Shown in pieces: positions 10,226 through 24,007 of a stretch of 64,000 nucleotides of DNA. Source of the stretch: Cladosporium halotolerans (lineage: Eukaryota). The DNA lies in assembly GCF_011745625.1 (NCBI RefSeq), contig NW_027191459.1:248001-312000 (forward strand), written 5' to 3'. How positions within the stretch are numbered: position 1 is the first letter of the stretch; each line of letters begins with the position of its first letter. Position numbers and translations under genes: made by a program. A model generated the notes under the pieces. It did no database searches. It was given only the letters and a program-made list of their open reading frames with translations, and was not told the DNA's origin.

Positions 10226-11744
10226 TGCTGGGGTTGGCGACTGGGGAAATGGCTCCCCAGGAGAGTGGCAGCTTTTCCAGACACAGGATGGCGCCTCCGG
10301 CACCGCGCAATTTGTTCAACCCGGTCTTATCATTCTCAGAAGTGCAAAGTATCCAGTAGGCGACGCGACAATGATTCCAGGGTTCTTCTCGACCTTCCCG
10401 ACTTATCGCAGAGTCGGCGACGTTAGATGTGAGTGGCTGACTGTGGCTGTGAAAAGTCGTGAGCGCGTCACGACAAGTGGCAGCCAAGCTGCTCCCGACC
10501 CGACCCCTCCTTCGCTCTGGCTGGTGGCTCGGCTGTGGTCGTTCCGTCAATACGCTCACCACATGAGGGGCATCCGCTCAAATGTTCCATTGACAAGGGC
10601 AACCGATGCCTCAAACTCACCGTTTGTCTTGCCTTGACGACGCCTGCCATACCGTCCCTTGGAGCTCATGAGCCTAGTGCGGCTCAGTGGTACGGTGGCG
10701 CCCACCACGGACAGCGCAACACTGCGCCGGTCTTGTGATCATTACGGTGTTGCGGCATGTTCAGTGCGCGTACATCTTCTCGCAAACGACCATTATATCA
10801 CTGAGCCAAGATTAGGTATGGCCCCCGCGCTGCATACGAGTGGTAAGGCGGTCAGGTATGTACCTTCGTTTTGGTCCTGTTTCTGCACGACTGCATATCC
10901 CAACGCTCTTTTTCTACGTCCTGGCCGGTACACTTGCGGCGATAAGTTGCACGCTGTATCCCGTAACATCTTCCTTCACCGTCTTGCACCCCGCTTGGCC
11001 ATTGCGAGAGATGGACGGCGCGGTGCGTTGCGTATGAGACATTCATCTCGTCGTCCCGTCGCTAGCAGGCGGCCGTTGAAGCCAGCGGCGGTTTGTCTCA
11101 CTCCCTCGAAAGCCGAAAGTCCTCCCTATCCCTGCACCTGCCCGCATGCTCCAAGAGGTATTGCAAGGGGCATGTTCTCTGGCTGAGAAAAGGCATCCTG
11201 TTTCTTCATTCATCTCAGTCTCACCTTTTCCAACGCGTCGACAACGTCTTCGTGCACTTGTTCTTCCACAACGCTCACCACGACTATTGCCTCGAAGTTG
11301 CCTTGGCGTTGGCTCGCGCTCGCGACCGACCGTTTGCTGGCTTCGCAGCTCGAACCTCACTTGAGACCAATTCGCGTCTCCCACAAGTTCTAACGCACGG
11401 CGCCTGGACGCTAGCCGGTATTACGCAAACCGTGCTCGTCTCTACTTGACTACCCAGACTGACAACCACCTCGCCTTTGTGGTCGGTGGTCGCTCGCGCG
11501 AAAGGCTCGTCACCGTGTCAACAGGCCCCTTTCTGGGGATCTCGAGATTCTTTGACGAGCGATCCTGGGCACATATACAGCACGCGACAACCCACGCACA
11601 GCCAAGGAGCTTTTTGTTATACGGTGACGGTTCATCAAGTTCAACTGTCTCCTTGCATTTGCTTTTTCGTTTTCTTTCCTTGCATCTTGAGCGTTGAGCA
11701 TCGAAGAAAACAAATCAAAACAAACCCGGCGGCCGGCGGCCAAT

Positions 11745-13620
11745 ATGCAACCAAGTGAACCGCAAATGCAGCAAGCACACCATGGGTAAGTTGCACTTAT
11801 GCAGAGAATACTTCTGCGCGTCTGTTTGATGGACGGAACATTTCGGCTAAGAAATCAGCAGAAATCATTCGTCAAAGCCCAATGGCGCCACCACGATCAG
11901 AAAAGCAGGCGGCATGGTGGTGACGAAGTATGCCCCTCCGCCGGGCTACAACGCGCAATCCGCACCTCGTCCATCAAGCCAGCAGCAAGGGTGGTCATCC
12001 GCGCCTCAGCAGTACGCCCACGGTTACCCACAGCCTTCATATGCCGGTTACCCACCTCAGCCATACGCAGCCGCGGGAGCTGCCTCGAGTCACTATGGTC
12101 AGAGTTATCAGCAGCAGGCCTCTCCTCCCATAGGATCTTACACGCCTTCCGTAGACGGTGGCAGCTTTCCAACTCCGACTGGTTCTCACCCGGCGACGTT
12201 TGAGTACCTTCAGCAATCGCCACCAACGACTATCGCTGCTGTACATGCACGTCACAGCTCTGTATCTGACATCTACGGATCTAGCAACGCTTCCTACTTC
12301 CCTCCAGGAGCGCTTCACTCTAGAACCAAGTCCAGCCAAGGATATGCGCCTAGTATCGCTCGCCACAACTCAGCACCTTCTGTCGCATACGATTATGCTG
12401 CTGCTTACGCGCGGCAAGAGGCTGGCGAATACATACCAGGCTACGCAAGCGCTCCGCTGGAGGATATTCTTGAGGTGCTCGAAGCTGAATACGACGAGGA
12501 GTGCTACTACTTCAATCATCCAGAGGAAATCGATAAGGATCGCAGCATCGGATGGATCGAATCTCACACCGCGCTTCCCACAAGCCGACCATTGCCTGCG
12601 ACTTTCAACGAAGCTGAATTGGAGGCTTTGGCTCCACGCCCTCAGAAATCGCCGCTTGAGGATTGCATATCCGAGTATTTCAACACGGACGCGAGAGAGG
12701 AGCAACTCAACACTGTTCGGTTGTCACCATCCTGGTCAGACGTTAAGGATGACCTCATCTTCAAGGAGTTTCTGCAAATCGGCTATGAGACTATTCGACG
12801 TGACCTGATGGAGCAAAAGTACCGCAATCGGGTTGACGCAAACTGGGACCGTTTCGATTCTGGGTCAATTTCTCATTTCGCGCGAGCAAGCATCGAGACT
12901 GTGGGCGCTCAAGACATTGAACAACGGCGCAACTCACGCCCTCACACTCGCAACGCATCTAGATCGGCTCGTCGCGAGAGCGTCGACGCGCCGTATCACC
13001 GCGAGCAGTCTTTGGCTGATGGCGGAAGAAGGAACAGCCAAGGCCCGACAAACCGCCCATCGAGCGCAGCTTCCAACCACTCGCGAGCGAGCTCTGTTTG
13101 CTCACGTTACTCCACTCAACGTCCGAAGGCTCTGGAACCCATTCGCGATCAGACCCAAGATGACATCCTCGCTAAGCTCGGTGTCACTGGCTCGCCCAGG
13201 CTTGTTTATGAGACTCCTGGCCCTGCCTTTGGCCCGCCTGCGTCGGTACACTCCAGTCGTCAGAGCTCAGTCACCAGCGAACACCAGTTCGCCCCGACTT
13301 CCCGAGCGCCGTCGGAGCCGCAACAATTCTCGCAGCCGGTGGGCTTCAACGATCCTTGGAGCGGCCATGGAAAGCCTCAGTATCGCCAAGACTCTGGCGC
13401 TGGTCGTTATGATCTGACCAGCTCCGAATTCACTATCATGGAGGATCCAGATGCGACGCCTCGCCCCAAGAACAACCGCTCTCACGGTTTGAAGCGTCAC
13501 CACGACGGAGACCACCACCACAACGACAACAGGGAGAAGCGCGTGCGCGACAACGAAGCGACGCCGAAACAGAACCGCAAGCAGAACCGTCCCGCCGATG
13601 GCTCTGTCCGACGCTGGTAG
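11745..13620 (+). CDS. Hypothetical Pro/Ser/Tyr-rich protein; exons 11745-11785, 11862(or 11859)-13620
   Basis: 568-aa ORF extended in frame by upstream exon MQPSEPQMQQAHHG via a GTAAGT..GCTAAG..CAGCAG intron; 3' end may have a further exon. Confidence 0.75.
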
Positions 13621-14272
13621 GCGTCTCGACTTCTGTAATTCAGAGACGCAGGCACACATCATTCCCTCTCTTGCTGTCAATCTCGAGGACCACGAGAAAC
13701 ATCACGGCCTATTTCTGTTTCTCACAGTTTCTTTTTCTTTTGCGCTGAAGCCATGTCGAATCCGCTTCTACTGAAAACCGGGTGACAGGAGAGTTTGAAG
13801 GGGTAATATTGCTTTCACGAATATTTCGTTTCTTCCTCTTGAGGCGCCTAGCACTGCGTGCGCGGCTGCCGAAAAGAGTTCATATTTCCATCTTAAGGCG
13901 CCACCAGCCGATTGGCCTTCACGCCCTAATTGGTATCTTTACTCCTTATCGCGATGCACAGGCTCGCGGAGGATTCCCGTAATTTTCTCTCACCGAGACG
14001 AACAAAGCTCTCAACATTTCGTCTTCCTTTTCGTATTCTTCAATTTTCATTTAAGTCTCGGTGCAACAGGCGTATTTCCTTTGAGGGTGTCTAGTGGGAC
14101 ATAACAGCCGGATCCGAAACGGCAGGGAGGTCCACATGCTATCCATGACAGCTTCTGGACGTTCATAGCTCATCATGCTGTATATTGAGACGAACGACAC
14201 GAATGTCATGACCGCTGTGCATACTAAATGGGTATCTCGCACAGGTCTGCACACCCGCTATCTCCCCAAAGC

Positions 14273-16816
14273 CTATCTAACCAATCCGGCTTCCTCATCT
14301 CCCTCGCTTTCGCTCTCCTGTTCTTCGCTTTCTTCCTCTTCGTCGGTCTCGTACTCCGATTCCTCCTCGTCCTCTTCTTCCTCTTCCTCATCTGTCTCCT
14401 CGTCCCCGCTCTCGCTCTCCGTCTCTTCTTCTTCTTCCTCATCGTCCAGCCAATCATCCAGAGTCTTCGCTTTCCTCCCGTTAGACTTATAACCCGGGTC
14501 AGCCTCTAGCGCCGCATCGAGCATCTGGCCCGCAGATACAGCTTTCTGCGGCTCGTACGACTCCGTCTTCCCGCTTCCGCCTGCGTCCCGCAGCGCCGCA
14601 TTTGGTTCCTCGCCCGTAGCGACCCAGTCAGGGAGCGGCTCGTAGCCGCGCAATCCGTTGACACCCGCCGCGCTGCCGATGACCAGGCTGGCACTGCCGA
14701 GCGCGTAGCCTTTGTGGCTTTCGCTGGGCGAGGGCGCTTGGGGGACAGGTTTGGGGGCGAGGAGGAGGAGGCTGGCGAGTTCGGTGCTGGAGGGCAGGGC
14801 GAGGAGGGCGCGGTAGACGCGCGCGCGGTCGCGCAGGTCGTAGGATGAGGTGTAGCGGGCTAGGAGCATGGTGTGCTGGTAGAGGAGCGCGATTGTGTCT
14901 TCTTCTTCCGGAGCCTCTGGGGTTTCCTGTTGGTGTTCTTCTCCGAATCCGCCTTCTTCTGGTGGAGGCGAGAGGACCTGGCTCTCTGGCTGCTTTTCTT
15001 GGCTTGGTGAGTTGAGAGCTTCCAGCGCGGTCTTCTTCACGTTCTTCGCGTTTAGGTCGTGTAGGTAGACTTTTGCTGCAAGGAGGACGATCTGCGCTCG
15101 CACTTCGTCTGTTTCATCTGCATAACCTCTGACCAAGATCCTCAACACATCGGCTGCGATGTTGTTCTGAGGATCAGCGCCTGAGAATTCTCCCACCAGC
15201 CAGATGATACTCGCGCGAGCCATTGGTGAATTCAGCGAGTCAAGGTTCTTTGCGAGCCTGACGACGGTCTTGCGATGCTCGTCTGGCGAACGTTGAATCA
15301 TGTGTCGCACGACCTCCATAGCTTCGCCAACCAACACAGAGTCAGAGCTATGAATTTGCTTAAGAAGCAGCGACAAGCAGCGGCGCGAGGTCTTTGCGTC
15401 GGAAGCCTGCGAACAGCGACCGATTGCGCGCACGCTCTCGCGCACGAGATCCGAGTTGTGACCCCTCGAAAAGTGTTCGAGCTCCGCAAGGATGAGATCC
15501 TGCATGCTCTTATCGCAATGAGGGAATAGCAGAGTCAACACCTCAAGTTTCAAGCGCCAGGTCTGCGGTGCCTCAGAGGTCCGGATCAAAAAGTGGCGAA
15601 TGTATGGCAAGAAGTGCGCTGGCTTGGCCAAGCATACTTGTACGATATTGTATAAGGCGACCTCTTGGATGTCCTTGGGCGAGCGCAGCAGAGCCACTAG
15701 AGGGCCAATCGCATGTGGGAGATGTTCCGAGGGCGACAGGTAGAGGTACATCCTGGCAACTGAGACGATTACTGCGGAGTTGCGACTGTGAAGGAGCGGC
15801 TGCACTGAATCAAGCAGGAGCTCAAGGTCGGGATCAAGAACCTCCACCTCATCGAAGTCTTCTTCCCGCTCTTCCTTTGGTTCCAGATCTTCGTAGAAGT
15901 CTTGCGCCTTTTGTTCCCGAGTCGCGGCCTTCTTCACGCGTTTCTTTCGCATAGGGAAGCATTTCCTGGCGTATGTTGGGAACAGACGCAGTATGGCTAG
16001 TTGTCCCCACTCGTCCATATCCACCACCATCTTGCATAGTTTCCGGTATACTGGGTGAATGAGATCGATACGATCCGGACAGATCTCTGCGAACGCCTGA
16101 ACAGCTGCTCCTGCAACGTAGTACTGCTGATCTTCCAACAGCTTCGCCAGGTATTCCTCGACTTGTGGTCTCGTGTTCGCATCCAACGTCACACATTTTA
16201 CGCATGCCAGCGCGGCTGCTTTCCTCACAATTGGTGACAGATCGCTCACACCCTTTTTGATCGCCAAGCTCACTAGCTGCGATATCATGGGCACTCGAAT
16301 GCCGGCCATGGTCTTGAGAGCCATCGCGCGTACTCGAGGATTCGAGTCGGACAGCGACTTTTGTATCGTGTTGATTGAGAGAAGAGTCGTATCGGGGTCG
16401 GCTTCGGCATGGTGTAGCAGGTAGTTGTACACTAGTGGTCTTGTTGAAGGGTATGGGTTCGAAAGAGTCTTCAGCACGGCCGGGAAGAAAGTGAGGGTCG
16501 GTTGCGGCGGGTTCGCATATTGCATCTGGATGTCCCCTCAGCGAAGCTCTTCCATATACGGCAGACCGCTCGACTCATACGGCTATCACCCTCCTCAATC
16601 CGTCTAGCACTTCTCTTTCATTCCGGCTATCCAACAGCTTTTTGATCTGCTGCGTCGGCAAAGGCCGAGTTGGCCTGCGAGGGCCAACATCTTTGGCGGC
16701 TTCGAGGGTGAGATCGCGTGCTTGTGGGTGTTAGCAAGAGTTCAGGTCGCATGACAAATGCATGAGGGAATATTACCTGTCTCTAGCAGCCCGCTTATCC
16801 GCGAAATTGACTCCAT
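14273..16816 (-). CDS. APL6: AP-3 adaptor complex beta subunit; exons 16816-16777, 16720-16581, 16525-14273
   Basis: Adaptin N-terminal repeats (LLSINTIQKSLSD, VDMDEWGQL, SYDLRDRAR), acidic C-terminal tail; N-terminus MESISRISGLLETARDLTLEAA. Confidence 0.92.
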
Positions 16817-17128
16817 CGGCTGTGACCTGCCGTGAGAGAACTTGTGTCTAACGAATGCGAAGGGTCGGTCATAGAACGCCCGACTTCGACCCAGCGGGGA
16901 GTGGAGGTGGTGGGATGATCGCGCGGACGACGTCAAGATGCCTGCCAAGCCGATGCGACTTCACTGTTTCGTTTCTGCAACCCAGCACCAATGGTTTGCA
17001 ACAACATGCATCTGGTATTACGGTGCTGAAGACAATGGAAGGACTACGGAAACTTCACACTTCGCCCTTCAGGCTTCTCCTGCCGATTGGGTGAACACAA
17101 CGCGTGATGCGACACACAGTGTGCCACC

Positions 17129-17890
17129 ATGGCGATCAGACCTCAGATTCTCACGGACATCCATTTATCGGACTTCGTGAGCCACTTACTCAAGACCGAC
17201 ACACAGTCGATATTGATCTTCTGTGGGAGTAAAGAGATGTTCCTTGAGCAGCTGTTGACCGTTGGCAACGAAACCACCACCAACGATAGCGACGATCCAA
17301 CCAGCGATACCGATGAGGCCGCTCTCAGGGCCAACACAGCGCTAAATGAGCTATTGAGACCCCCAACTTTGCATCAGTTGGCCAGTTCGCGTTCGGTCAA
17401 GCTGGCCGTCTGCCCAGATGTTGCACACCTTCGGGCGTATCTTGCAATGATAGCCCTGGCGCAAGCAAAGGAGGCAGAGATTGACACGACCAAAGTCCAT
17501 TGCCAGAATCGAGACTCAATCCTTGCGATACTGAACCCACTTGATCTGCACCGCTCAACTTCTTCCTTTTCCGCACAGGGAATAAATCGCACATTCGCCT
17601 CAGCCGTGGAGGCTGCCCACGCCACTGAAAGGAGACTACTCATGGCTGAATGCCCACCAAACACGCCTCGCGAACCGGACCAGCTCGACATGGGATTTGA
17701 GGTCGAGCATGAGAACGATGTGCGTCTGCCAGACAACCCTTGGGATCAGGAAGTCTCCATTTTGAACGTCACCACCAAAAGCTTCGGCGCAGGAGGACGC
17801 GGCTGGGTCGGACGAACCGTCACAATACGCAGGATAGCCGAACGATGGTTTGAATTCTCGCAATGCCGGCTTCATGACCATTCTGAATGA
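17129..17890 (+). CDS. Fungal hypothetical protein (alpha/beta pattern, possibly a degenerate RecA-like fold)
   Basis: 253-aa single-exon ORF divergent from AP-3 beta and convergent with NUF2. Confidence 0.7.
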   Translation: MAIRPQILTDIHLSDFVSHLLKTDTQSILIFCGSKEMFLEQLLTVGNETTTNDSDDPTSDTDEAALRANTALNELLRPPTLHQLASSRSVKLAVCPDVAHLRAYLAMIALAQAKEAEIDTTKVHCQNRDSILAILNPLDLHRSTSSFSAQGINRTFASAVEAAHATERRLLMAECPPNTPREPDQLDMGFEVEHENDVRLPDNPWDQEVSILNVTTKSFGAGGRGWVGRTVTIRRIAERWFEFSQCRLHDHSE

Positions 17891-18184
17891 ATAATAGTGT
17901 GGATTGTACTTTTGACTCGCTCTCATGCTAGTCTGCAATGTTGGTCATGATCCGGCCGGTGGCTTGATATGGGCCCAGAGAAGTTCATGAATCCCCCAGA
18001 TGTGCGCGACAAAATGCCCACCGACATCTATGCGTGCGTGAGAACGATGAAAAAGGCATGTGGGAACGATTCAAGCAGAGACCAGCTTTCGCTACAGCTG
18101 AAGGAAGTAAACACTCGTGGATATCATTAAAAGCAAACACAGACGCCGGACAGCACCAGCTCCTCAGCCGCGGCTGGAATTCGC

Positions 18185-19700
18185 TCATATGCTCTGCTCC
18201 ATCTCTGTGATGTACAGACGAATGTGGCTCTCCATCTTCATGTACTCTTCTCGCGCGCTCTGCACCTCGTGTTCGATTTGCTCCTTCAGATCCACCATCT
18301 GGGAAGTATGTTAGCGGGCGTCTGACAACACACCGATATTGCAGTGAACTTACCTTCTTCTCCGTTTGCTCAATGCGCACTCTTCTCTTCTCAACCTCAT
18401 CGCCTCTGTCCCTCCGTTCCGCCGCAAGCTCTCTGTGAACAGCCCTCAATTCCTCCATCTTTTGCCGCGCGTTCGTAGATTTGCGCTCTGTGTCTGTTCT
18501 TAACTTGTCCGTCCTGCCCTGCCATTGTTCCAGCTGTTTCCGAAGCATCTTCTCTTTGCGTTCAACTTCGCGAACACTGTTTGTCTGCTCGGTGAGCGCG
18601 TCTCGGTTTTTGCCAGCTTTCTGTCCTTCCTCCTCTTCTTTGTGCAGTTCCGAGGAAAGATCGCTGAGGATACGTGTGAGTGATGTGATGTCGGTTTGTA
18701 GGAGCGAAAAGCTGTCACTGCTCGTTTGCAGGGCACGGTTCCTCTTGTCAAGACGGTCTATCTCGACGCGGTCACGGTTGAGATTCCCAGAGAGTTCGCG
18801 CAGAGACTGTTCAAGGACAGCGGGAGACTGTTCAGCGTATGGCCGTAGCTTGTTGGCTTCTTGCCGCGTGTTCATGACGGTGGTTGTGCGCTCCTCGAGC
18901 ACAGACTTCAAGCGCGCCTGCTCGCCTTTGACACGCTCGAGCTTCTCTGTGACACGCTCCTGGCAGGCCTTCAGCTCCAGAAGACGCGTCCGCAACTCTC
19001 CAGTGCGCTTCTCTTTCTCTTTCAGCGCGGCCTCCACATTCTTGCGGTTCTGTTGCATTTCCTCCAACTGCTCTTCCTTCTCCTGATTCGTGTGGTAGAG
19101 CTGTTCGATGTCGTTCTTTGTGCGCTCGGACGAGTTGTAGTGCTGGTCGATCACGCTGGTTTGTGACTCGCGGAATCGGATGAAGTTGATAATGTAGCTG
19201 AATATCTTCACAAGTCGCGGGTACGTTGGACGGTAAAGGTCGGAGAATGTGAAGTCCTTGATACCACATTCGGCCAACAGCCTTCGCAAGGTAATGAAGA
19301 AACCCATCAAGTCGCGGGTGTCGGCCGTGAAGATGCGGTCTGCGTCGTCGCCGTAAGCCTCTTCGGCTGCAAATCGCATTGCAGGTGCGACGACCTCGCG
19401 GGTCGTGTTTGTGAGTAGCTCCGCAAACCATTCGAAAACTTTCTGAATTTGCTGAGGGTTGGGTTTGCGCAAGTCTTCGACAGAGAAGTTGATACCGATG
19501 TCGCTGATGCATCCTGCGATTTCTGGATCTTTCTGATGGATTGTTAGCACTTTGCGATCGAATGCGCGCGCTATACGCGCATTATGATTTGCTCATACCA
19601 GTTTCATGAAAGCATCCTCATCATCGTCCTTCTTGTGCCTTTGCTGTTGGCTGGATTGCTGCGAGCTACGCGCCATGCTCATCCTGGGATTGTAGTCCAT
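18185..19700 (-). CDS. NUF2: Kinetochore protein Nuf2; exons 19700-19599, 19532-18354, 18298-18185
   Basis: CH-domain features ([23 protein letters not shown]) followed by a long coiled coil; spliced C-terminus ..[17 protein letters not shown]. Confidence 0.93.
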
Positions 19701-20660
19701 GCTAGGCATATTCCTTGTTATTTTCGTACCTGGTTAAGTATAATGATGATGTTGCGGCGTCGCGTGAAACCCCTCACTTCGTCGCAAGTACGCGGGACTC
19801 CCATGTTTACCTGCCAAGCCTGCTGGCGTCAACAAAGCGGGCAGCCTAGCAACTCAGGCTTCAAGGCCGCGAAGCCGAACTGACCATCGTCCGTATTCTG
19901 ACTTCATGTCATCTGAATCAGCGTCTTTATCGCACGCCGGCCCAAGATCAGCTTTATCATTTCTCTGAGATCCCATGGTCTCTCAAATAGGCGCACTATT
20001 GCCGTGAACGATTGATATCCCCGCTCCGTGAGCCTCTGTGAGGCTCAACAGTCCCCGAGAACGCCATTGTTAACACTTTCGCTCAATCTATCCCGGGTCA
20101 AGTATTCGTACCGCACATTGCATTATCTGAAATGCTGCAGCATTTCCTTCGAAGAGATTCTTCTGATTTGGAGGTTGTCCCTATGCGCCGACCAGAGCCA
20201 AAAGGCTTCATTGCCAATGCGGTCCCAGAACCCACGCTCCTCGACTTCCAGCCTGAGCAATGCGTGGATTCGTCCAAATACGCGTCAGAAGCAACGAAAT
20301 GCATTCATAAATGCCGCCTTTTTGGGCTCACTTTGGACCTCGGAGTCTCCACTCCTCGATGTGCGATGTCTTAGTCATATGAGTCTTTTCCAAGCGATTG
20401 GTATGCCACAGGCGTTTAGATCCGTCGGTCTGGTAGCTTTATGACCCCTCAGCACACAAAGCTTCAACTCGCGTACAAATCAATATAATGGTACTCAACA
20501 TTTCCGATGCTTGGTCATGATCGGATTTTGAAGAGCACTATCTCAACGCATGTGATTTCCAGCCATGTAAGTACCCGCGTTATTGCCTCTCTCTTGATCG
20601 CTGCTTCCGTTCCAACATCGATCGCTCTCACATTCGTTCTGCTACTTTGAAGTAACTACG

Positions 20661-22986
20661 ATGGCATTTCGCAGCTCCGCCGCGCTTCTGGCGCTTTCTG
20701 TTCGTTCGCTCGCTCGTAAGTACATTGACAGTGATAGATTGGCGACATCACGCTCAGCGGCTAATAAGTCTTCACACAGAGACCGGAGGATGGGGTGACG
20801 AATACTCCAACCAAACTGCAACGGCTTGCATCACTGGAGATGCGCCTGCTGGTGCAAGCGCGTCCACTGTTACAGCCACTCAAGTCGTTGGCGCTGCTGG
20901 AACATCCTACATCAACAGCGCTAGTGAGTGCGACGCGAACACTCTGTTCTCTGGTCCCGGTGCAACCGAGTGGGCCTACCCTGATTCCTCTGCGCCTACG
21001 CAGTCTACCAGCATCTCCGATGCTGGCGATATCGAGTACAAGCCATCTCCTGGCAGCACACAGTACTACAAAGTCGTGCTCACCACTTCCTACGCGAATG
21101 CGTCTGTCACTCCGACCTCCACCTATTCCGAGCCTTACTGGGCTACTGGCACTGGGTCTAGTGAGGCTACGGCTGATTCTTCAGCTCTTTACGGCAACAG
21201 CACTTCAACCACGCGGTACTGGCCGACTGAGCCGACCTCCCTCGGTACTGCTATCTCTACTTATTCCGAGCCCTTCGAGTCTGCGGCTCCGTACGGCAAC
21301 AGCACATCTCGCACCCCGTATGGTAGTAGCACCAGCTCTGGATCAATCACTCATACTACTGAAGATGTAACACCCAATGTCACTGGCTCGTCGACCTCTG
21401 CTTGGGCTCATCAGACATCGGTGACAACGCAGACTGTCACTAGCGTTCAAACTGAGACCTTGACCCTCAAGAATGGCACCACTACTGTCGTGCACACTTC
21501 TCTTGTTCCCGTGACCACCACCGTTGACAAGACGGTTGCTTACACCCACAATGTCACCAGCTACGAGACGAAGACTCTTGCCACCATCAAAATCGGCTGG
21601 GGTGGCCGCCCGAGGACAATCACTCGGATCACCGAAGTGCCAATTCATCACACCGAAACGGTTTCGCCGCCGGTCTCTTACAGGACCAAGACTATCATCT
21701 CATCTGCAGTGGTGACGCTGCCGTGCTCTACCAAGTCTTGCCGCAAGGCTTCCAGCACCTCGTGGTATGTGCAGAACACTACTACCGTTGATGCAATCAC
21801 CGCTTCTTGCAGCACTATACCTCCAGCGTACGTGACCAAGAGCTACAGTTGGAAGATCACGCTCGTCAAGCCCCACAAGGTCATTACCAGCGAGTCTTGC
21901 GATACCTACACCGTCCCGCCTTCCACGACCTGGGTTTACGAGCCGGAGACTTCCTGCCAGAGCAATGCTACCATCACTCCTCAGGTGAACAGCACAAGCT
22001 TCCAGACTATGCCGACAATCTCGGCCAGCACCACTTCGCAGCAGCTCACCACTTCCACCATCTACGCTACTTCTGTCGTCACGATCTCCCAGCAGAGCTC
22101 GACCAGCCTCAGCACCGCTAGCATCGTGGCCTCTACCATCGTATTCCCCGTAGTCTCTACCCCTGTTGCGCCGGTCACTGCTCCTCAGACTTCCACCGAG
22201 GCTTCCATGCCTGTCTCTGCGGCCACCACTCTCGAGACTTCGGCCCCGGCTTCCACGCCTGTCGCGCCTGTCATGCAGCCCAGTTCTGCCGAGTCTATTG
22301 CCTCTCAGCTGTCTGTCCCTGGCTCATCTCCCTTTTCGTCTGTGGAGCCAGACACTACTATGACGACCCGCATTGTCACCACGCTGCAGGTGTCTTCTCA
22401 GGTCACCATTACTGCCACCCGTCCTGGCGGGGCACCCTTCAATCCTATGTCGCAAGAGCAACCTTCGAACCCTGTGTCTCCGGAGCAGCCTTCGAACCCT
22501 GTCTCTCCCGAGCAACCTGCGGTCCCTGTCGCTCCTGAGCAGTCTTCGAGCCTTGCCTCTCCCGAACAGCCTGCAAGCCCGATGTCTCCCGAGCAGCCGT
22601 ACACCCCTGTCGCTCCCGAGCAACCCTCGAGCCCTGTCGCTCCTGAGCAGCCCTTTAACCCCATCTCCCCTGAGCAGCCCTACAGCCCAGTTTCTCCCGA
22701 GCAGCCTGCAGGCCCCGTCTCGCCCGGGCAGACTTCTGCGCCTGTCACCGAGCCCGAGGTCACTCCGGCTGGCCCTTCTGATTCCTACGACACGACCATG
22801 CCTACGACCTCTGGATCCAGTAAGTCTACCCTGTCCGTCCATGAATCAATTCAAGGCTGCGTAGCTAACGTCAACGTCACAGCCGAGACCGCTGCTCCGT
22901 CACAGGCTGCTGCTGCCGCCCCTACCGTCAACTTTAGCGCTCTGAGCGGTCTGGTGTTTGTCGGAGCTGCCATGGTGGCTCTCTAA
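20661..22986 (+). CDS. Secreted Ser/Thr-rich, probably GPI-anchored cell-wall protein; exons 20661-20715, 20780-22819, 22883-22986
   Basis: Signal peptide MAFRSSAALLALSVRSLA, S/T-rich body, hydrophobic C-terminus FSALSGLVFVGAAMVAL; both introns GTAAGT..GCTAA(T/C)..CAG. Confidence 0.85.
22441..22735 (+). repeat. 27-nt (9-aa) coding tandem repeat, about 11 copies of xP(V/M/I)(S/A)PEQPx
   Basis: NPMSQEQPS NPVSPEQPS NPVSPEQPA VPVAPEQSS ... read directly from the translation. Confidence 0.9.
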
Positions 22987-24007
22987 ATGAGCTCAACTGT
23001 TGAACCCTTAGGCTGGTAGATCTATTAGGTCGTCAGGCTATCGAGTGAGATTTGGAGGACAGTCGCTTTACGTTCGCGGCTGTCGCACTCTCAATGAGAT
23101 CCTGCCACGGATATACATATCGGCCGAGGCAACACTACACATAATTTGGGTTTTGTTTTCGCGCGCCTCCTTTTTGGGTTTCTGCGGTTTTCTTCCAATC
23201 GTTCCAATCTTGTTCCCCAGAGAGGAGTCCGGGGTCACCACCACGAACCAAAGCACGTCTTGAAACCTCACTCCATATATAATCACAATTGGACCGCAAA
23301 ATTTTGAATCATCAAAGTTTCCATTCGCGGCAGTACACTAATTACTACAGAGCGTCTACCGACAAGTGGGCGGAGATAGGCCACCCTGCGGCGCTCAGAG
23401 CGCCACAGGTCCCAGCCTATCTCGCAACCCAGGCCTACCAGCAGCGATGAACGCTGCTGGTCCCCGGCCTTGTCTTCGACGTGCGTGATAGAAAAACGAG
23501 CCCTGCCGTGCGCGCACTTGTGATTGTCTCGTTGACAACACTGCGCGGTATCAAGAAAGAAAGCAAGAGAAAAAAAAAAGGAGAAGGCCTCCCATTCCTT
23601 TCCCGTTCGTGATCCATGCTCAACTTCGTGACTTTCCAGAGAGCAAAAAACGCCAATGCTGTGATGCCGATGCCGTGCGATGCAATGCAAGCCGATGCAA
23701 TGCCGCGTGTGAAGTACAACAAAAACGCCCGCGCGTGCAGTGCTGCTCTGTGGAGCACTCGGGGTATCTTCTTTCCCATATTCCCAGAAAACCCAACGCC
23801 AAAGATCAAAACCCAGTAGAACTCCGATTTGACAAAAACAAGAAATCCGCAGATGCTTTTTCTTCTCCCGTTGTGTCGCTTGCGCGAACCCAAAATCGAC
23901 CGTGAAACTCCATGCTGTGATTATCGTGAGGCGCTGAGAGCGCGGAATGACAGTGCTGTACGCAGAAATGCTGAATAGTGTTGTGTAGTGTTGCTCGCTT
24001 CTCGTGA

